IMG/VR virus record: IMGVR_UViG_3300029908_000004
Span: 1-64,000 of that record
Length of the DNA: 64,000 bases
Reading direction: 5' to 3' (one strand)
In this document: positions 60,455 through 64,000 of the stretch, piece by piece
How positions within the stretch are numbered: position 1 is the stretch's first letter
Layout: every line of letters begins with the position of its first letter
The notes under the pieces: generated by a model
The model's database searches: none
Told to the model about the DNA's origin: nothing
The model's input: only the letters and a program-made list of their open reading frames with translations
Program-made: the position numbers and the translations under genes

Positions 60455-60680
60455 TTGCTTCGTTACGTAATGTAACTCTACCAGTTAAACCAGATTTTAC
60501 GCTGGTTAGGGTATAGACACCTTTAGTTTCAGATCTGGTTATAGTTACTTCCTCTTCTATATGGAAGGGTAGACGTTTGTAATAGTCCATGTCAACTATT
60601 ATTTCCATTCCATTGTCACTTAATAGTTGAACTGTTACATCACCCATTGCACCTATGTACATTATTCCACCTATAAACAT
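60426..60680 (-). CDS. Hypothetical protein
   Basis: 84-aa ORF. Confidence 0.5.
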   Translation of the reverse strand: MFIGGIMYIGAMGDVTVQLLSDNGMEIIVDMDYYKRLPFHIEEEVTITRSETKGVYTLTSVKSGLTGRVTLRNEANEKFIPHYE

Positions 60681-60687
60681 GTTGTAC

Positions 60688-60978
60688 CTACTGACGTTTC
60701 AACTCTACATCTTCAAGCCAGAACGTAACTGTCTGTAATACTTTTGTAAAATCATGAGTTATACTTGATACTCTTCCAATACCGTGACCTCTTTCACTAG
60801 GCATCGCATCAAACACTGCTAGTGAAACAGAATCTGGTATCGTAAATCTTAGATTATCCCCAATTGCTGGTATGGCTTCAATTGTGGGCGTTAGTTCCGC
60901 TTCCATATATACACTTGAGTGTTTGTGATCGCTCTGCTTCCAACCAACAATGGCTTTCATATTCCCCCTATGCAACAA
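60688..60978 (-). CDS. Hypothetical protein
   Basis: 96-aa ORF. Confidence 0.5.
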   Translation of the reverse strand: MLHRGNMKAIVGWKQSDHKHSSVYMEAELTPTIEAIPAIGDNLRFTIPDSVSLAVFDAMPSERGHGIGRVSSITHDFTKVLQTVTFWLEDVELKRQ

Positions 60979-61028
60979 ATCCCTCTAATTATAGAGGGAT
61001 TGGTAGAGTTAACTCATCTACACCCTCA

Positions 61029-61634
61029 TTATTTACGCAAGTTCCCCCATACGCTTGAACTGGCGTTGAGATCGACGGTATTGTAGGTTTCCATTCCCAT
61101 GTCTTTACTATTTAGTATAGTATGATTTTGTGTAAATTGGAAATCATGATAATCATTTACTAAATGTATGCTTGTGCCTTCGTACGCGGCGGTCTCTTTT
61201 AACCCGATAGCCGCACCAGAAAAGGTGAAATCTTTTACTATCAGTATATCAAGATCTTCATAAATTTCTGTCTGTACATTAACTATTTCATAGCTCATTC
61301 CTAATCTTGAGCTGTGGTCCTCTAATTCACGAACAACCAGTGGAAAGTTAACAGCAAATATATAACCATATACCTTTACATAGGTTATATCGTCTTTAAC
61401 TTCCAGACTTCCAAAGTTAATGATACCAACCGGTCTTTCCGCGTTATGAGAACGAAAGTCATAATTACAGTTGACTGGTGTTCCCTCCAAGGTCGGCAAT
61501 GCCTTGATTGTGCCTGACTCTGTTAGGATAACCTTTTTACCGTTGGTTCCCTTTGGTGTTCTTGTTGAGACAACGCCAATAACTGTTAATATTCCTTCAA
61601 AATATCTCTTGTTAGGATGAGCTTCTGTGAGCAT
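61029..61634 (-). CDS. Prohead-protease-like protein
   Basis: LPTLEGTPVN...H...VGII...GYIFAVNFP...LGMSYEI...FTFSGAAI.LKETAAY..TSI; start placed after the tRNA remnant. Confidence 0.55.
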   Translation of the reverse strand: MLTEAHPNKRYFEGILTVIGVVSTRTPKGTNGKKVILTESGTIKALPTLEGTPVNCNYDFRSHNAERPVGIINFGSLEVKDDITYVKVYGYIFAVNFPLVVRELEDHSSRLGMSYEIVNVQTEIYEDLDILIVKDFTFSGAAIGLKETAAYEGTSIHLVNDYHDFQFTQNHTILNSKDMGMETYNTVDLNASSSVWGNLRK

Positions 61635-61652
61635 TGTAACAGTCCTCAAGAT

Positions 61653-61679
61653 TGGGAGCGGAGGTTGGATTTGCACCAA
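61653..61679 (-). pseudogene. Orphan tRNA 3' end (Met-like)
   Basis: TTGGTGCAAATCCAACCTCCGCTCCCA shares the CCGCTCCCA end with the adjacent tRNA. Confidence 0.65.
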
Positions 61680-61683
61680 ATTA

Positions 61684-61757
61684 TGGGAGCGGGTTCTGGT
61701 AACGATCCAGCTTTTGGGCTTATGAGGCCCACGTAGCAACCTGTCTACTTACCCGCA
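61684..61757 (-). tRNA. tRNA-Met/Ile2(CAT), atypical T loop and 1-72 mismatch
   Basis: TGGGC-CT CAT AA-GCCCA; T loop ATCGTTA; CCA. Confidence 0.75.
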
Positions 61758-61808
61758 TATTGTTTGTCTAAATCACTTCCGTTAGGAAGTGATTTTAGTC
61801 TTAGAAGT

Positions 61809-62084
61809 TTAGAGTAAATCGTCCTCTGTCCCTTTTGGACTTGATGGTACAATTGCAAATCTCTTATTTTCAATGAATCTATGAATAATTTCGTGGATCT
61901 GATCTGCATCTAACACGTCAAGGTCACCACCTTGAGTCCTTTGATGTACAGGACTTAGTGCTGTAGATATGTTGTTTATCTCTAAGTATCCAAAGGGTAC
62001 ACCGAAACGGAGTATTTCTACTCTTAGACACGTAGTTAAATGATAAGTTATCGTACCATTCTTTAACTCTTCTTTTGTATTCAT
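61809..62084 (-). CDS. Hypothetical protein
   Basis: 91-aa ORF. Confidence 0.55.
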   Translation of the reverse strand: MNTKEELKNGTITYHLTTCLRVEILRFGVPFGYLEINNISTALSPVHQRTQGGDLDVLDADQIHEIIHRFIENKRFAIVPSSPKGTEDDLL

Positions 62085-62338
62085 TATTTCTTTACCACCA
62101 ACACTACACTTAATGCATTACTGGATATACGTCTCCATTTAGCTTTGAGTGGGTCTGATGCCTCTTCCCATATTTCGACAGAGCAAAATCCGTTAAATGC
62201 TGCTTCTGCAGCTTTTTCTATCACCGCTAGTAACATTTCTTTTGATACTTCTATCTTCAAAGAGCTTTCTTTTCGATATCTTTGTCACTTGGATAATCAT
62301 CTTCTATACTTAGACTGAATTTTTTGTCTACCATAGTG

Positions 62339-62590
62339 TCACTTCTTCTTTTTTATTAGTGGTTCCAAGACAAGTCTGACTATTTTTATCCACAGATCTC
62401 TGTTGTATGGTGAACACTCTTGCCAATCGTGTTCAGAAAGACCAGTATGGCCCATATACGCTCTACGAGCAGCTTCTTCTATAAAATCCTCTACATTATC
62501 TACTACTAAAGATAATAAATCTTTGGCATTAACTACTTCCTTCTTAATAGGATAGTCTCGTTCTATCTCTAAACTGTTTTTATCTGCCAT
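62339..62590 (-). CDS. Hypothetical protein
   Basis: 83-aa ORF. Confidence 0.55.
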   Translation of the reverse strand: MADKNSLEIERDYPIKKEVVNAKDLLSLVVDNVEDFIEEAARRAYMGHTGLSEHDWQECSPYNRDLWIKIVRLVLEPLIKKKK

Positions 62591-62909
62591 GGATCATTAC
62601 ACCTATTCTTAATCCTAAAGCTGTTACCTGTATTATTAAACAAGCAAAGAAAAGTAAAGCAGACCACCACATATCCCTTTGAATACACTTTCTCATACTT
62701 ATTAGGGCAAGGACACTGAATGAACCACACCATACTATCCAAAATATGTTCATATCATTCTTTCCACCACTCAGGTTTAACCTTCGCTAAGATTAGCGCA
62801 AGTGTACTTGGATACACAACAGCATGGTCTGATAGGATATCGTGGTTAAAGGTTAAATAAGCTACTTCTTTAAAGAAGATTCTTAATAATCTTAACTCTT
62901 CTTCTTCTG

Positions 62910-63176
62910 TCATAACCCTACCTTATTGTGATATTTATTCTTATGGACATTTTCTTTCTGGTTACCTATATGATAATGCCCACAATCACAACCATAGACC
63001 AAGCACTTACAATCTGGGTCTTTCCTTAGCATCCCTCTCAGATGTGCTTTTGCTTGACCTATGGTATCGTGACAATGCTTGTGTAATTGACAACTACAGG
63101 AGGTATTCATAAACCCTCTTGATATGATTATTTCAAAGAACTTTGTGAGGCAGGGAATTTCCAACCATGCCCACAC
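62910..63176 (-). CDS. Cys/His-rich hypothetical protein
   Basis: CSC..HKHCH...AKAH...VYGCDCGHYHIG. Confidence 0.55.
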   Translation of the reverse strand: MWAWLEIPCLTKFFEIIISRGFMNTSCSCQLHKHCHDTIGQAKAHLRGMLRKDPDCKCLVYGCDCGHYHIGNQKENVHKNKYHNKVGL

Positions 63177-63358
63177 TCAACCCACCAAGCTGGTGAAGTA
63201 AGGTATTTGTCTCCATCTTTTGATACTGAATATTTGGAGAGAATGGTTACTTCTTCTCCTATAGATGGATACTTTACCTTATCGCCCACTTTCATTGTGC
63301 GAGTATTTACTTTGTTTTTCATTGAATCTCCAATCGGTAGAGCTTCCCGATTCTCCAA
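63128..63358 (-). CDS. Hypothetical protein
   Basis: MKVGDKVKY SH3-like pattern. Confidence 0.5.
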   Translation of the reverse strand: MENREALPIGDSMKNKVNTRTMKVGDKVKYPSIGEEVTILSKYSVSKDGDKYLTSPAWWVECGHGWKFPASQSSLK

Positions 63359-63595
63359 CTCTACATGGTTTTCTGTCCTTTCGGACTGGGCCGTAACCCT
63401 CGAAGCTGAAAAACCTCGTGTTCAGGATGGAGTATCATCCTACGATTAGATTAGTGAGGTCGCATCAGAGCCCTAATCTAATCTTCACTTAGCGTCTAAT
63501 TTATTGATCGTATCTTTTCCGCCACGATTGGAGCATCTAAGGTGGAAATGTGAAAGCACATTTTATGGTTGATGAGACCAACCACCTAAGACATT

Positions 63596-63826
63596 TTACT
63601 TCTTCTTCTTCTTTTCTTCCAATGCAACTTCCCTGATACGCAACTCATTGGGTTTGGTCCCAACATCAGTGATGTGGTCGCCAAGGTGCTTACGCAAGCC
63701 ACTTCCCCTGCGCTTGGAATGAACCTGACCAGACGGATCAATCTTGCCACGATATTTCTTGTGGATCCCGTCAACTTTTGCTTCGTTTCTTTCCTGCTTC
63801 GGGTTGAACAACGTCAAGTCGGACAT
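63596..63826 (-). CDS. Small basic protein
   Basis: 76 aa; SD AAGGGA; poly-Lys tail. Confidence 0.6.
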   Translation of the reverse strand: MSDLTLFNPKQERNEAKVDGIHKKYRGKIDPSGQVHSKRRGSGLRKHLGDHITDVGTKPNELRIREVALEEKKKKK

Positions 63827-63843
63827 AATTTCCCTTCTGTTGT

Positions 63844-64000
63844 TTAAAGTTTGTTGTAAAGGTTGTTTAAGGTTGTTATTTCTTCTTGAGCTGTGTGAGG
63901 CATCCCAATAAGATCTCTTAGTTCTCTTTCTTGTTTACATATTGGACAAGGTTGCCCCATAACGTAGCCATTTATACATAGGCTACAATTGTGGTAGGAT
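63844..64000 (-). CDS. 3' end of an ORF that begins beyond the window
   Basis: ...SYHNCSLCINGYVMGQPCPICKQERELRDLIGMPH...YNKL*. Confidence 0.5.
   Translation of the reverse strand, partial: SYHNCSLCINGYVMGQPCPICKQERELRDLIGMPHTAQEEITTLNNLYNKL

Noticed and set aside
186-63449. Most plus-strand ORFs in the track, and short overlapping minus-strand ORFs
   Set aside because: They are shadows of longer minus-strand genes or tRNAs, without SD or recognisable motifs. Only 3626, 41489, 44560 and 51369 have their own promoter and nuclease motifs.

Overview
This 64 kb window is from a large, AT-rich, lytic-type bacteriophage genome, with almost everything on the minus strand. The host is probably Gram-negative; Acidobacteriota is only an inference from the auxiliary envelope genes. 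Positions 1-24 kb hold a replication, recombination and nucleotide module: a family A DNA polymerase split into two genes, dNMP kinase, MazG-like pyrophosphatase, class II ribonucleotide reductase, DnaX-like clamp loader, DnaN clamp, ATP-dependent ligase, UDG, Rad52/22-like annealing protein, RecD2 and SSB. Positions 24-64 kb are an RNA and translation island. It contains about 32 dispersed tRNA genes (several atypical), many orphan tRNA halves, a circularly permuted two-piece tmRNA, a GGQ release-factor-like gene, a PTH2-like hydrolase and a Ro60 (TROVE) gene. Eleven ncRNA genes there share a GGGUCGA-N8-GRUUAYC...AUAUCC signature and look like Y RNAs; three of them carry a permuted tRNA-like (YrlA) domain. 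Six free-standing endonuclease genes share a (T/C)ATACTAT(A/G)TA promoter motif. Five of them sit in cassettes that disrupt a target (both polymerase subunits, the release factor, tRNA-His, tRNA-Ala) while supplying a replacement copy of the broken part. The top candidate for a new system is the release-factor gene. Its replacement 5' part ends GGQ-H(CAU)-UAG inside a GNRA hairpin, and the ORF resumes 20 nt later at a matching His codon (CAC). This suggests a homing-endonuclease-linked translational bypass, analogous to T4 gene 60/MobA, that could also autoregulate the release factor. All calls come from manual reading; no searches were run.
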